A DNA stretch of 64,000 nucleotides from Shigella phage Sf25. A program made the translations under genes and the position numbers. The notes under the pieces are model-generated. The model saw only the letters and a program-made list of their open reading frames with translations, was not told where the DNA came from and did not search any database. This document shows positions 1 to 10,362 of this stretch, piece after piece (positions within the stretch are counted from its first letter, which is position 1; each line of letters starts with the position of its first letter). Location: sequence record MF327009; one strand, written 5' to 3'.

Positions 1-332
1 CATGTAGCAACCCATGTATCAAGGCTTGGATCTGAAATTAATGACATAAGTACAGCAGACGGTGCACGACCCTGAATGCTATCCAAAAGTGATTGATACT
101 TCAGGTTATTAGTAAAAATATCTTGCTGATATTGAGGAAGCTTGTTAAATTGTGCAGCATCCATCATCAAGTTTACTTCTTCAGGACGCCAGAAAAATGA
201 CAATTGCTTTTCGGTTAAATCTTCAAAAACTTTATGGCGTTGAATATCATAACGCGCAATACCAAGACCTGAACCGAAGAACATAGGTTCTTTTAAAACA
301 TCAACTGGATTTGTATTAAAAACTGTGCTCAT
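1..332 (-). CDS. nrdB: Ribonucleotide reductase small subunit NrdB, N-terminal fragment (continues beyond window start)
   Basis: Minus-strand ATG at 330-332; hand translation MSTVFNTNPVDVLKEPMFFGSGLGIARYDIQRHKVFE...; lies immediately downstream of nrdA as in T-even phages. Confidence 0.8.
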   Translation of the reverse strand, partial: MSTVFNTNPVDVLKEPMFFGSGLGIARYDIQRHKVFEDLTEKQLSFFWRPEEVNLMMDAAQFNKLPQYQQDIFTNNLKYQSLLDSIQGRAPSAVLMSLISDPSLDTWVAT

Positions 333-383
333 AAATTTTCCGCTTAGTTAATAGATAGTGACTCGTCCGTGAGTCAAATTATA

Positions 384-2897
384 TCATAATTTACAGGATG
401 AACAATCTTCAGCTTTTGGAGTTTCTATTTCATAATCATCAGTACCAGAACCGTCACGGGTATTATGATAATAGAAATTTTTTCCGCCAAAATACCAAAA
501 ATATAAAAGGTCATCAATCATTATTGACATTGGAACCTTTCCTTTTGGAAAAATCTGCGGGTCATAATATGTATTAGCTGAAGCTGATTGACATACCCAT
601 TTCAGCATAATAGCTACTTGCGTAAGATAAGGTTTATTGCCTTTCTTAGCTAATTTCCACGTATAATCATAGAGGTCTATGTTATGCTCAATATTGGGCA
701 CGACTTGATTAAAGGAACCCTCTTTTGATTCTTTAACAGAGACTGGTCCACGTGGAGGCTCGATACCGTTTGTACTGTTAGAAACTTGGGAAGATGACTC
801 ACATGGCATAAGTGCTGATAATGTGCTATTACGGATGCCAAAGAGCTTAAGGTCTTCCCGCAGCGACGACCAGTCACAAACGTATTTTGGAGCTGCGATT
901 TGGTCAATCTTTTTATTGTACCAGTCGATAGGTAATTCGCCTCGAGACCAACGAGTGTCTGAATAATATTCGCAAGGTCCTTTTTCTTTGGCGAGCTTAA
1001 TGGATGCTTTAATGAGTCCATACTGTAATCTCTCAAATAGTTCATGTGTTAAATCGTTAGCATCTTCATAAGAAGCAAAATTACTTGCCAGCCAAGCTGC
1101 ATAGTTAGTAACACCTACACCAAGATTTCGACGCTTTTTAGCTTTTTCTGCTTCAGGAACTGGATATCCTTGGTAATCCAAAAGATTATCAAGAGCACGA
1201 ACTTGGACTTCTGCCAATTCATTAATTTTATCTTGGTCTTGCCAATCAAAGTTATCTAACACAAATGCAGATAACGTACACAATCCAATTTCAGCATCAG
1301 GACTATTCACATCATTTGTTGGAATAGCAATTTCACAGCACAAGTTGCTCTGACGAATAGGTGCCTTTTCACGAATAAACGGAGTATAGTTATTCGTATT
1401 ATCTATGAACTGTACATAAATCCTTGCTGTTCCTGAGCGTTCAGTCATGAGCAATTCAAATAGTTCACGGGCTTTAATACGCTTTTTACGAATATTAGGG
1501 TCTTTTTCTGCTGCTTCGTATAATTCACGGAAACGGTCTTGGTCTTTAAAATAAGAATAATAAAGCTCGCCACCCATTTCATGCGGACTGAACAAAGTAA
1601 TGTAATCGTTCTTTCCGAATCGTTCCATCATCAAATCATTCAGCTGAACACCATAATCCATATGACGGATACGGTTTTCTTCTACACCTTTGTTATTTTT
1701 CAAAACGAGAAGATTTTCAACTTCCAAATGCCAAATAGGATAATAAGCAGTAGCAGCGCCGCCACGAATTCCACCCTGTGAGCATGATTTAACAGCAGTC
1801 TGAAAATGTTTCCAAAAAGGAATAACACCAGTATGGCGTACTTCACCTGTGCCAATCTTAGAACCTTCGGCACGAATCATACCAACGTTAATACCAATTC
1901 CATAATCCATATGACGGATACGGTTTTCTTCTACACCTTTGTTATTTTTCAAAACGAGAAGATTTTCAACTTCCAAATGCCAAATAGGATAATAAGCAGT
2001 AGCAGCGCCGCCACGAATTCCACCCTGTGAGCATGATTTAACAGCAGTCTGAAAATGTTTCCAAAAAGGAATAACACCAGTATGGCGTACTTCACCTGTG
2101 CCAATCTTAGAACCTTCGGCACGAATCATACCAACGTTAATACCAATTCCAGCGCGTTTGGAGATATATTCAACAATTGAAGCAGAAGCCTTATTGATAG
2201 ACTTTAATGAATCACCTGCTTCAATAACAACGCATGAACTAAACTGCCGAGTTGGAGTACGGCAACCAGCCATAATAGGAGTTGGCAGTGAAATCTGTCG
2301 AGTAGATACTGCTTCATAAAAACGGATAACGTGTTTTAATCTATCAACAGGTTCATCTTGATGCAATGCCATTCCAATAGTCATAAATGCAAACTGTGGA
2401 GTTTCATAAATTTGACCAGTGGTTTTATCTTTAACTAGATATTTTTCTTTTAATTGCATCGCCCCGGAATAAGTAAATTCCATATCCCGCTCGTGCTTAA
2501 TTTTTGATTCTAAAAATGTAATTTCTTCGGCAGAATATTTTGACAACAATTCAGGGTCATATTTACCTTCATTTACACAGTAAGAAATGTGGTCAATAAA
2601 TGAACGTGGTTCATACTGCCCATAAACATGCTTACGAAGAGCGAACATTAAACAGCGTGCAGCTACATATTGATAATCAGGCTCTTCAACTGAAATAGAA
2701 TTCGCAGCAGCCTTAATTACAATGGTTTGAATGTCATCAGTTGTCATTCCATCACGGAGATATGATTTAATATTTTCATATAATTCATAAGGATCTACAG
2801 ATGTTCCTTCAGCTGCCCAAGATAAAACTTTAATAATTTTTTGCGGGTCAAAGCTCTGAGAAACACCACTACTTTTGATAACATTAATTAATTGCAT
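384..2897 (-). CDS. nrdA: Aerobic ribonucleotide reductase large subunit NrdA; 837 aa including an 83-aa in-frame internal tandem duplication
   Basis: ORF track 837 aa; class I RNR alpha sequence; peptide GIGINVGMIRAEGSKIGTGEVRHTGVIPFWKHF...ENRIRHMDY occurs twice in tandem. Confidence 0.9.
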   Translation of the reverse strand: MQLINVIKSSGVSQSFDPQKIIKVLSWAAEGTSVDPYELYENIKSYLRDGMTTDDIQTIVIKAAANSISVEEPDYQYVAARCLMFALRKHVYGQYEPRSFIDHISYCVNEGKYDPELLSKYSAEEITFLESKIKHERDMEFTYSGAMQLKEKYLVKDKTTGQIYETPQFAFMTIGMALHQDEPVDRLKHVIRFYEAVSTRQISLPTPIMAGCRTPTRQFSSCVVIEAGDSLKSINKASASIVEYISKRAGIGINVGMIRAEGSKIGTGEVRHTGVIPFWKHFQTAVKSCSQGGIRGGAATAYYPIWHLEVENLLVLKNNKGVEENRIRHMDYGIGINVGMIRAEGSKIGTGEVRHTGVIPFWKHFQTAVKSCSQGGIRGGAATAYYPIWHLEVENLLVLKNNKGVEENRIRHMDYGVQLNDLMMERFGKNDYITLFSPHEMGGELYYSYFKDQDRFRELYEAAEKDPNIRKKRIKARELFELLMTERSGTARIYVQFIDNTNNYTPFIREKAPIRQSNLCCEIAIPTNDVNSPDAEIGLCTLSAFVLDNFDWQDQDKINELAEVQVRALDNLLDYQGYPVPEAEKAKKRRNLGVGVTNYAAWLASNFASYEDANDLTHELFERLQYGLIKASIKLAKEKGPCEYYSDTRWSRGELPIDWYNKKIDQIAAPKYVCDWSSLREDLKLFGIRNSTLSALMPCESSSQVSNSTNGIEPPRGPVSVKESKEGSFNQVVPNIEHNIDLYDYTWKLAKKGNKPYLTQVAIMLKWVCQSASANTYYDPQIFPKGKVPMSIMIDDLLYFWYFGGKNFYYHNTRDGSGTDDYEIETPKAEDCSSCKL
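1651..2148. repeat. Exact direct tandem duplication, 2 x 249 bp, inside nrdA (boundaries ambiguous by about 3 nt)
   Basis: Sequence beginning cataatccatatgacggatacggttttcttc recurs at 1652 and 1901 with no mismatch seen by eye. Confidence 0.9.
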
Positions 2898-2915
2898 AAG
2901 TCCTCAACTTGAAAA

Positions 2916-3271
2916 TCGTCTTTAAACAATCGGTTAACTATATGAGCTATTATATCACCATGACACGGCTTTGGTTTACATGTGCATCCTAGCCTCATTC
3001 CACGTAAAGGCTCTAAATGTGCTTTAGTTATTTCTCCGGATTTAATTCGACGTATAAAATCTTTTTTGAATAATTCAATGGCAGCCTCCCGGCTCGTCTT
3101 TAAACAATCGGTTAACTATATGAGCTATTATATCACCATGACACGGCTTTGGTTTACATGTGCATCCTAGCCTCATTCCACGTAAAGGCTCTAAATGTGC
3201 TTTAGTTATTTCTCCGGATTTAATTCGACGTATAAAATCTTTTTTGAATAATTCAATGGCAGCCTCCCGGC
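2916..3271. repeat. Exact direct tandem duplication, 2 x 178 bp, spanning the 3' end of a small ORF just upstream of the nrdA start
   Basis: cgtctttaaacaatcggttaactatatgagc... recurs at 2917 and 3095. Confidence 0.9.
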
Positions 3272-3392
3272 TGCCAGCATCTTTACCGACGTAATTTCCC
3301 CAAAATGTACCACGGTGAATATTAACATCAAAGTCGGATTTATATTTATTCACTACCCGGCATAGACGGCCCGCGCGGTTGTAGGTGTTCAT
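3075..3392 (-). CDS. Hypothetical protein (Cys/His-containing); C-terminus altered by the 178-bp duplication
   Basis: ORF track 105 aa; in the duplicated copy the frame ends ...[11 protein letters not shown], while a single-copy reading would give ...RLFKDDFQVEDLCN overlapping the nrdA ATG. Confidence 0.5.
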   Translation of the reverse strand: MNTYNRAGRLCRVVNKYKSDFDVNIHRGTFWGNYVGKDAGSREAAIELFKKDFIRRIKSGEITKAHLEPLRGMRLGCTCKPKPCHGDIIAHIVNRLFKDEPGGCH

Positions 3393-3609
3393 ATTGTTCT
3401 TCCGTTAAAACAGTAATATCGTAGTAACAGTCAGAAGAAGTTTTAACTGTGGAAATTTTATTATCAAAATACTCACGAGTCATTTTATGAGTATAGTATT
3501 TTTTACCATAAATGGTAATAGGCTGTTCTGGTCCTGGAACTTCTAACTCGCTTGGGTTAGGAAGTGTAAAAAGAACGGCACCAGAAGTATCTTTAAATCG
3601 TAAAATCAT
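3346..3609 (-). CDS. Hypothetical protein
   Basis: ORF track 87 aa; stop overlaps neighbouring ORF; start overlaps td stop (ATGA-type coupling). Confidence 0.5.
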   Translation of the reverse strand: MILRFKDTSGAVLFTLPNPSELEVPGPEQPITIYGKKYYTHKMTREYFDNKISTVKTSSDCYYDITVLTEEQYEHLQPRGPSMPGSE

Positions 3610-4466
3610 ATTGCCATTTTCCCTTTAATTGCTGGATGCGATTCATAATTTTCAAGGATAAAATCTTTCGGTTTCATGTATTCAGTTAACCAGTAAAGCT
3701 GTGTTTCGGTGTCACAATTTCCAAACTCTATAGGCCAATCAATTTTAAGTTCACACAGTTCTTTAGGCTCACGACGTAAAATTTCTTTACATTGCTCAGT
3801 ATGATTCATATAGATGTGAGTATTACCACCAGAAAATATCAAATCTCCTGGGATAAGATTACACATCTTAGCCACAATATGCGTCAAGGCAGCGTACGAG
3901 GCAATGTTGAATGGCAAGCCCAAGAAAACATCTACACTTCTTTGGTACCATTGTAAATCAAGATAACCATTACGCACATTAAACTGATAGAACATATGAC
4001 AGGGCGGTAATGCCATTTGATTGATTTCAGCTGGATTCCATGCTGAAACGATTTGACGTCGATCAGTTGGTAATTTTTTAATACGATCAATAGTTTCAAC
4101 TAATTGATCCACACCACCGAAATCACGCCATTGTTTACCGTATATAGGACCAAGTTCACCACTATGATATCCTAGGTCTTTAGCTTGGTTTTCATAATTG
4201 TCATCCCAGATAGTTTTACCTTGAATAAGACTACCGTGAGTAAGAAGACGTAAATCATTAACATTGGTAGAACCGGAAATAAACCATAAAAGCTCAGCAA
4301 TGCATGCATTCCAGGCGAGCTTCTTAGTTGTTACTGCAGGAAAACCTTTGGTTAAATCCCATCGTAATTTAGTACCGAACAAAGCAATTGTTCCTGTGCC
4401 CGTTCGGTCATCGGTTTCATAGCCATTTTCAAAAATGTCTTTAATTAAATCTTGGTATTGTTTCAT
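3606..4466 (-). CDS. td: Thymidylate synthase, uninterrupted (no group I intron)
   Basis: 286 aa; ThyA motifs including the PPCH catalytic-Cys region; contiguous ORF. Confidence 0.93.
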   Translation of the reverse strand: MKQYQDLIKDIFENGYETDDRTGTGTIALFGTKLRWDLTKGFPAVTTKKLAWNACIAELLWFISGSTNVNDLRLLTHGSLIQGKTIWDDNYENQAKDLGYHSGELGPIYGKQWRDFGGVDQLVETIDRIKKLPTDRRQIVSAWNPAEINQMALPPCHMFYQFNVRNGYLDLQWYQRSVDVFLGLPFNIASYAALTHIVAKMCNLIPGDLIFSGGNTHIYMNHTEQCKEILRREPKELCELKIDWPIEFGNCDTETQLYWLTEYMKPKDFILENYESHPAIKGKMAI

Positions 4467-4511
4467 TTAGTACCTTATATAAATTATAATACATTTTATG
4501 AAGCTAAATAA

Positions 4512-4859
4512 TCAATACGGTTTAGCATCAAATTTTCTCTCAATTTCAGGTGTGAAATATAATTCTTTACCGCGTTTGGAAAAGCGACCAATAATATGAT
4601 AATTATTCTCATCAAACGTGATATTACCAATATCCATAGCTTTCAACCAAATATCGATATTTCTATCCAGCTTTATATCAAAATTCCAATACGGAGAACT
4701 ATTACCGAAAATACTACAAGCGGATTCAGTGAAACAGCTACTATAAATCTTGTCTTTAGGAACTACTAATTGATAGACACCTTTAATAAACTGAGGACCT
4801 TGCCATTTTGGCTGTTTCTCGTCTTTTTCTAACAGAATAGGGTAATAATTAAAATTCAT
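4512..4859 (-). CDS. Hypothetical protein located between frd and td
   Basis: ORF track 115 aa; no recognisable domain. Confidence 0.5.
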   Translation of the reverse strand: MNFNYYPILLEKDEKQPKWQGPQFIKGVYQLVVPKDKIYSSCFTESACSIFGNSSPYWNFDIKLDRNIDIWLKAMDIGNITFDENNYHIIGRFSKRGKELYFTPEIERKFDAKPY

Positions 4860-4878
4860 ATTTCCGCCACGCGTTATT

Positions 4879-5705
<827 letters not shown>

Positions 5706-5716
5706 ATTATCTCCTA

Positions 5717-6049
5717 TTAAAAAGGATCAGGAACATATCCGCTAGCTTTAATCATTTTAATTAACGTTAACATTCCTTTGTTAACTGCTCGGGAGATTTC
5801 ATCAAAAACTTCATCACTAAAAAGTTCTAACACGCCCTTCTGAACTTTTAATTTACAGCCAACAATTTCTTCATCGCCTATAGTAAATTCATTACCACCA
5901 ATTCCACCGAAAAACTTAATTACACCAGTTAACTGTCTTCCACGAGAATATGGGTCGTGTGATAAAGTAATATGAGTCACCCCGGGTACAGTTTTAAATT
6001 GGCAGCGAATATTTACTTGTGAAATTCCAGTTACATGAATGTCAGACAT
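5717..6049 (-). CDS. Hypothetical protein
   Basis: ORF track 110 aa. Confidence 0.5.
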   Translation of the reverse strand: MSDIHVTGISQVNIRCQFKTVPGVTHITLSHDPYSRGRQLTGVIKFFGGIGGNEFTIGDEEIVGCKLKVQKGVLELFSDEVFDEISRAVNKGMLTLIKMIKASGYVPDPF

Positions 6050-6059
6050 AATATTTTCC

Positions 6060-6302
6060 TCAAATAGACTTTTTCACAATTTTCCAATCAGCTTTAAACT
6101 GATCGACGTCAGAGTGATAAATCCAGAATCCTGCGCTTTCACCGTCTTCATAAAGCGGACACCCATCACATTCATCTTCCCATCCCATGCCACGTAAAAG
6201 GTGTTCAGCTTTTTCAACAAGTTCAGAATCTTTACCGATGATATTAAAATACCATTTACCTCTAACTTCTGAATCTTTGATGCTCTGGCGTTGTAATCTC
6301 AT
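6060..6302 (-). CDS. Hypothetical protein
   Basis: ORF track 80 aa. Confidence 0.5.
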   Translation of the reverse strand: MRLQRQSIKDSEVRGKWYFNIIGKDSELVEKAEHLLRGMGWEDECDGCPLYEDGESAGFWIYHSDVDQFKADWKIVKKSI

Positions 6303-6412
6303 TTTATTCTCCTTAGCAAGCTTTAATCAAAAGATATAAACAGACCAACATAACTGCTGCCATAATATAAGGTGCGAACATTTTCTTTTCTCCATTAGTT
6401 TTGATAGGGTAA

Positions 6413-6441
6413 TAGTATCACACTACTACCCTTCTGTAAAC
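6413..6441 (-). promoter_or_regulatory. Putative sigma70-type early promoter (GTTTACA -35 / TACTAT -10, 17-bp spacer)
   Basis: Reverse complement reads GTTTACA...TACTAT upstream of ORF 6060..6302. Confidence 0.35.
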
Positions 6442-6887
6442 TACTTTTTGAAAGTTTTTCGCAAAAGTTCAATGATTTCATCTACATTGTTTTCGTCAAC
6501 AATGCAGTGAATTTTTGTTACGCCAGAAACCTTGTCTATGACTTCATCTACATTGTTTTCGTCAACAATGCAGTGAATTTTTGTTACGCCAGAAACCTTG
6601 TCTTTGACTTCATCTTCTTCAGAAGTCGGTTCTTTATACTCACGAAAACAATGAAATTCATCTTCGCAAATTTCTAAAAGTCTATCTTTGAGGTAAAAAT
6701 GCTTTCCATTTGCGCATTCAATGTGTTTTACTGCTTTATATCCATTAGCGACGGAAACTTCTTTAACTTCAAACCATCCGCCATTATCTCGAATAGCTTT
6801 AACGATTGATGAATTAGAACGTGGGCTATAATTAATAAATGTATCAATAAGTCTTGGAACAAGTTCATACTTTTTGCCAATATACAT
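6441..6887 (-). CDS. Hypothetical protein carrying an in-frame 22-aa tandem repeat
   Basis: ORF track 148 aa; DKVSGVTKIHCIVDENNVDE repeated. Confidence 0.55.
   Translation of the reverse strand: MYIGKKYELVPRLIDTFINYSPRSNSSIVKAIRDNGGWFEVKEVSVANGYKAVKHIECANGKHFYLKDRLLEICEDEFHCFREYKEPTSEEDEVKDKVSGVTKIHCIVDENNVDEVIDKVSGVTKIHCIVDENNVDEIIELLRKTFKK
6477..6608. repeat. Near-exact direct tandem duplication, 2 x 66 bp
   Basis: ttcatctacattgttttcgtcaacaatgcagtgaatttttgttacgccagaaaccttgtct occurs at 6477 and 6543. Confidence 0.85.
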
Positions 6888-6930
6888 TACGTTTCCTCAT
6901 TTTGATAGGGGCTTGATAGCCCCTTGATAA

Positions 6931-7158
6931 TTATTGTTCAATCAGTCCCATGTAAAATTCTGCGTCTTCGGCATCCATGCCATCACAATATTCATTAGCC
7001 ATAAAGCGGGTGAGGTCTTCAAGAGGACCTTCAACAACAATTTGAATACTCCAAAATTTAGAATCTTGCACACTTGTGATACTAAGTTCAGGATAACGAT
7101 TACGAATAATCTCTTCAATATATTCAAAATCAACAATGTCAATATCAACTTTAGCCAT
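6931..7158 (-). CDS. Hypothetical acidic protein
   Basis: Probable start MAKVDIDIV (75 aa) with RBS AAAGAGGAAAA; the longer ORF-track start lies inside the upstream promoter. Confidence 0.5.
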   Translation of the reverse strand: MAKVDIDIVDFEYIEEIIRNRYPELSITSVQDSKFWSIQIVVEGPLEDLTRFMANEYCDGMDAEDAEFYMGLIEQ

Positions 7159-7201
7159 ATTATTTTCCTCTTTAATCATCAGCAGTATTGCCGATAGTTG
7201 T

Positions 7202-7231
7202 ATAGTACCATGGAAGGACAAGGATGTAAAC
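7202..7231 (-). promoter_or_regulatory. Putative early promoter (GTTTAC-N18-TACTAT) with A/T-rich upstream element
   Basis: Reverse complement GTTTACATCCTTGTCCTTCCATGGTACTAT; upstream AAAAATTTTTTTCAC. Confidence 0.5.
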
Positions 7232-7249
7232 CGTTTTGTGAAAAAAATT

Positions 7250-7281
7250 TTTGAAATAAAAAGGGGACCTCTAGGGTCCCC
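7250..7281 (-). terminator. Intrinsic terminator downstream of gene 32
   Basis: Minus-strand GGGGACC-loop-GGTCCCC hairpin followed by TTTTTTATTTC. Confidence 0.7.
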
Positions 7282-7303
7282 AATTAATTAGTAATATAAT
7301 CTA

Positions 7304-8212
7304 TTAAAGGTCATTCAAAAGGTCATCCAGGTCCGTGTCATCAGCACTAGATGAACTGCCAGAGCTTGAGCTCATAAAATCATCTTCAGTTTTTGTATTG
7401 AAGTCATCAACATTGAATGCATCCAAATCATCAGCAACTTTATCAGCTTTCTTAGCGGCAGTTGCTGCGGCACCGCCCATCACAGCAGTTCCCATAACTT
7501 GACCGAATTTAGTGCTCAGTTCTTCAAACGATTTGAATTTATCTTTAGAAGTCATTTCAGAAAGGTCAACCATTTGTTCGAACAGTTCTTTCTGGAAAGA
7601 TTCATCATCAATGTTTGGAATCGCAGATTGATTCAGGAATTTAGATTCATCGTAGTTACTAAATCCAGAAACCTGTTTAACTTTCAGTACAAAGTTAGCA
7701 CCTTCCCACGGACAAGTTACATCAACCGGAGTTTCACCCATTTCAACATCAACCGCAATCATCGCGTTGATTTTATCCCAGATTTTCTTACCGAAACGAT
7801 ATTTAAATACTTTACCTTCATTTTCTGGAGCAGCTGGGTCTTTTACAACAAGAATATTAGCCCAGTAAGAAGTTTTACGTTTAACAAGACTGTACTCTTT
7901 ATTGTCAGTGTTATACAGATCATTTTTACTAATGTATTGACATACTGGGCAAGAATCGTAATCACCGTGGGTAGATGAACAATTTTCGATATACCATTTA
8001 CCATTTTTCTTGAAACCGTGATTTACAAGAATTGCGAATGGTGCTTGTTCATCATTTTTAGACGGAAGAAAACGAATTACTGCTTGACCGTTACCCGCAT
8101 TGTCGAGTTTCAGTTTCCACTCGCCTTTATCTTCAGAAGAAAAACCACCTTTATTTCCAGCCAGTTTAGCCATTTGTGCAGCGAGTTCAGCAGTAGATTT
8201 ACGTTTAAACAT
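7304..8212 (-). CDS. 32: Single-stranded DNA-binding protein gp32
   Basis: 302 aa; gp32 sequence with Zn-binding Cys/His and acidic C-terminal tail. Confidence 0.93.
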   Translation of the reverse strand: MFKRKSTAELAAQMAKLAGNKGGFSSEDKGEWKLKLDNAGNGQAVIRFLPSKNDEQAPFAILVNHGFKKNGKWYIENCSSTHGDYDSCPVCQYISKNDLYNTDNKEYSLVKRKTSYWANILVVKDPAAPENEGKVFKYRFGKKIWDKINAMIAVDVEMGETPVDVTCPWEGANFVLKVKQVSGFSNYDESKFLNQSAIPNIDDESFQKELFEQMVDLSEMTSKDKFKSFEELSTKFGQVMGTAVMGGAAATAAKKADKVADDLDAFNVDDFNTKTEDDFMSSSSGSSSSADDTDLDDLLNDL

Positions 8213-8310
8213 TTTTATTTCCTTTTTAATTTAATTAACAGTTGGTGCTATGACGATGTATGACCTCATAGCTGGTCAGTGAGATAATTATAATCTATTT
8301 ATAATAAGCA
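8213..8310 (-). promoter_or_regulatory. Gene 32 5' control region: A/U-rich leader (candidate autoregulatory operator) plus overlapping late (TATAAATA, 8296-8303) and MotA-box-like middle promoter elements
   Basis: Minus strand reads TTGCTTATTATAAATAGATTATAAT ... AATTAAATTAAAAAGGAAATAAAAATG. Confidence 0.5.
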
Positions 8311-8311
8311 A

Positions 8312-9136
8312 TTAATACTTGCAAGATTTCACAGTTTCAATAAAAACTTTTTTAGCTTCCTGTGAATCAATATTTAAAATTTTTCTATAAGCCTTTAACT
8401 TTATAGAATAATTATTCCAAACTAAATTATCAGTTTGTTGATCATGTTTATCAATTATATTTAAAAACGAATCAAGCAAGATAAACGTCTCAAACGAAAT
8501 TATGTTCGATTGCAGAAGTTTAAAAATATAACTTGACTGAACTTTTGGATTATACTCAAAAATTTCTTTAAAAGCAGAAACTTCAACTTTTTTACTAAAA
8601 TAATAAATGTTGCGAATATCTTCTTCAAACTTAAATTTAATTTGCTTTAAGCGTCCGATATATTCACGATAAAACACAAGTGCATCAGCGTCAGAGATGT
8701 CACCAATCCAAGCATCTTGGTTAGCAACCAAATTGCTTATAAAGATTAAAGCAAGTTCCTTTAATTTATATTTTTCTGATAACTTCTGGAAAAAATACTT
8801 ATCCCTTCGATTAGTTTTTTCACAACGAACAACAGAAGGACGTAAAAGATTTTCGTCGATAGCTTCTGACTGAATTTTTTCAATTATACCCGAAGGAATA
8901 AATTTAGCAAATTGAGTTTCAGGAATAGAATTTTCTTCTAAGAACGCTGTTGTAGCTTCAAGATAACTCATTCCAAACTCTTCTACCATTTTTTCAATAA
9001 TAAATCCATTTTCTTGGCGGTCAAGAAGCTTTGCTATTTCATCCTTTTCTTTCTTAATTGAAAGTTCTTTTTCTGAAAGACCGGTCTCATCGACCGGACG
9101 AATATCATTTAGAGAAAACTGTGTCATAAAGTTCAA
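8312..9136 (-). CDS. Apparent in-frame fusion ORF: acidic N-terminal part (gp33-like late transcription factor) joined to basic C-terminal part (gp59-like helicase loader)
   Basis: 274 aa; junction near 8806-8812 (...RCEKTN/RRDKYFFQ...); only one ORF between dsbA and gene 32 where T4 has two genes. Confidence 0.55.
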   Translation of the reverse strand: MNFMTQFSLNDIRPVDETGLSEKELSIKKEKDEIAKLLDRQENGFIIEKMVEEFGMSYLEATTAFLEENSIPETQFAKFIPSGIIEKIQSEAIDENLLRPSVVRCEKTNRRDKYFFQKLSEKYKLKELALIFISNLVANQDAWIGDISDADALVFYREYIGRLKQIKFKFEEDIRNIYYFSKKVEVSAFKEIFEYNPKVQSSYIFKLLQSNIISFETFILLDSFLNIIDKHDQQTDNLVWNNYSIKLKAYRKILNIDSQEAKKVFIETVKSCKY

Positions 9137-9374
9137 CTACCTCTTCAGTTTCAGCTTCAAACACATCACGGTTATCTTTATGATACAAAGCTAACAGACG
9201 ATTAAACATCTTACCATCAACGCCAAGTTCATCTTTGGCACGAATTCGAATATCTTTAATCAATTCATTATAACCAGAAATTTTCAGTTTATGATCAGAT
9301 GCTTCTTTAATAAATTTAGCTAAGTCTTCGCCATGGATAGCTTCATCAAATTCAACCATTTCTTTTTTAGCCAT
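9105..9374 (-). CDS. dsbA: dsDNA-binding protein DsbA (late transcription enhancer)
   Basis: 89 aa; position between rnh and gene 33. Confidence 0.75.
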   Translation of the reverse strand: MAKKEMVEFDEAIHGEDLAKFIKEASDHKLKISGYNELIKDIRIRAKDELGVDGKMFNRLLALYHKDNRDVFEAETEEVVELYDTVFSK

Positions 9375-9382
9375 TATTCACC

Positions 9383-10300
9383 TCAAAATTCATTAATGCT
9401 ATTAGTTAATTTAGAAAGACCCGCTTTTACAAAATATGAATAAATTTTGCCACGCGGTGGTAATTTATATGAATTATAGTAATTCACAATGTTTGAAGCA
9501 ATATTATCAGGAATATAATCAAAATCAATTAGAACTAAATTTTCTTTATAACGATTATATTCAGATTCAGTGAGAAGCACCTTAGCTTGCTCACGGTCAT
9601 TAGCAATAGCTTCAACAATAGAGGTTTTCATTGAAGGAGTTCGTTCACCTTCAACTCTAGTAAACCAAAAGTCAGACCGTACTTTAACTGAAGCAACGTT
9701 ATCCTTTTTGTCACCTTTAAGGATTTTAGTCATACAGTCAATTTCAGCAGAACCGCTTTTAATTTTAACCCATTTCTTGTGCATCGGTGACCATTGCTTA
9801 ACATTTGGGTATTTATGAAGTTGAGTAAAGTCACCATCCGATGAAATGATTAAAATCTTGTGTCCTTCTAAAGAGAACTTTTTAACAAGAACAGCAATAT
9901 GGTCATCTGCTTCATACTTATCAATATCCATAACAATGTATGGCATATAAGCTTTCAATTCATCTATAACTTTATGACTGGATTCAAAATAACCTTCCCA
10001 GTCCCAAGTAGATTCTTCTCGTGCTTTTCCACGGTTTTTCTTATAATAATAAGCAAAATCACGACGCCAATATCCAGATTTCGCGTTATCAATACACAAT
10101 ACAATTTTAGTGTATCCAAGAGCTTTTGCTTTTTTGACATTAAACTTAATTGAGTTCAATATCAAATGACGAACCATTGATAAATTAATTTTTTCTTTAT
10201 CTGGAAAGTTTACCAAAGCAGTTGAAAGCGCAATTTGACTAAAGTCAATTAAGCAGATTCCTTCTTTGTAATCTTCATCCAGCATCATTTCTAAATCCAT
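9383..10300 (-). CDS. rnh: RNase H (5'-3' exonuclease / flap endonuclease)
   Basis: FEN-family sequence; probable start MDLEMML at 10300 (305 aa) with GAGG RBS. Confidence 0.9.
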   Translation of the reverse strand: MDLEMMLDEDYKEGICLIDFSQIALSTALVNFPDKEKINLSMVRHLILNSIKFNVKKAKALGYTKIVLCIDNAKSGYWRRDFAYYYKKNRGKAREESTWDWEGYFESSHKVIDELKAYMPYIVMDIDKYEADDHIAVLVKKFSLEGHKILIISSDGDFTQLHKYPNVKQWSPMHKKWVKIKSGSAEIDCMTKILKGDKKDNVASVKVRSDFWFTRVEGERTPSMKTSIVEAIANDREQAKVLLTESEYNRYKENLVLIDFDYIPDNIASNIVNYYNSYKLPPRGKIYSYFVKAGLSKLTNSINEF

Positions 10301-10329
10301 ATGAACCTCGTTCAATTAGTGAGATTTCT

Positions 10330-10359
10330 ATTATATACCATCCGAATCTTAAAGTAAAC
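10330..10359 (-). promoter_or_regulatory. Putative early promoter for rnh (GTTTAC-N18-TATAAT)
   Basis: Reverse complement GTTTACTTTAAGATTCGGATGGTATATAAT. Confidence 0.5.
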
Positions 10360-10362
10360 AAG

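Noticed and set aside
1539-2319. Plus-strand ORFs 1539..1781, 1806..2030, 2098..2319 inside nrdA
   Set aside because: Shadow ORFs antisense to a strongly supported gene; two of them share sequence only because they lie in the two copies of the nrdA duplication.
2982-3170. Plus-strand ORF 2982..3170
   Set aside because: Lies within the 178-bp duplicated segment antisense to the small Cys/His ORF; no RBS; likely spurious.
3606-4466. Group I intron and homing endonuclease in td
   Set aside because: The td ORF is contiguous (286 aa) with no intervening sequence; the intron is absent in this genome.
6895-6930. Hairpin AGGGGCT-tgat-AGCCCCT between two small ORFs as a terminator
   Set aside because: No U-run follows on the transcribed (minus) strand; more likely an intercistronic structural element, so not called as a terminator.
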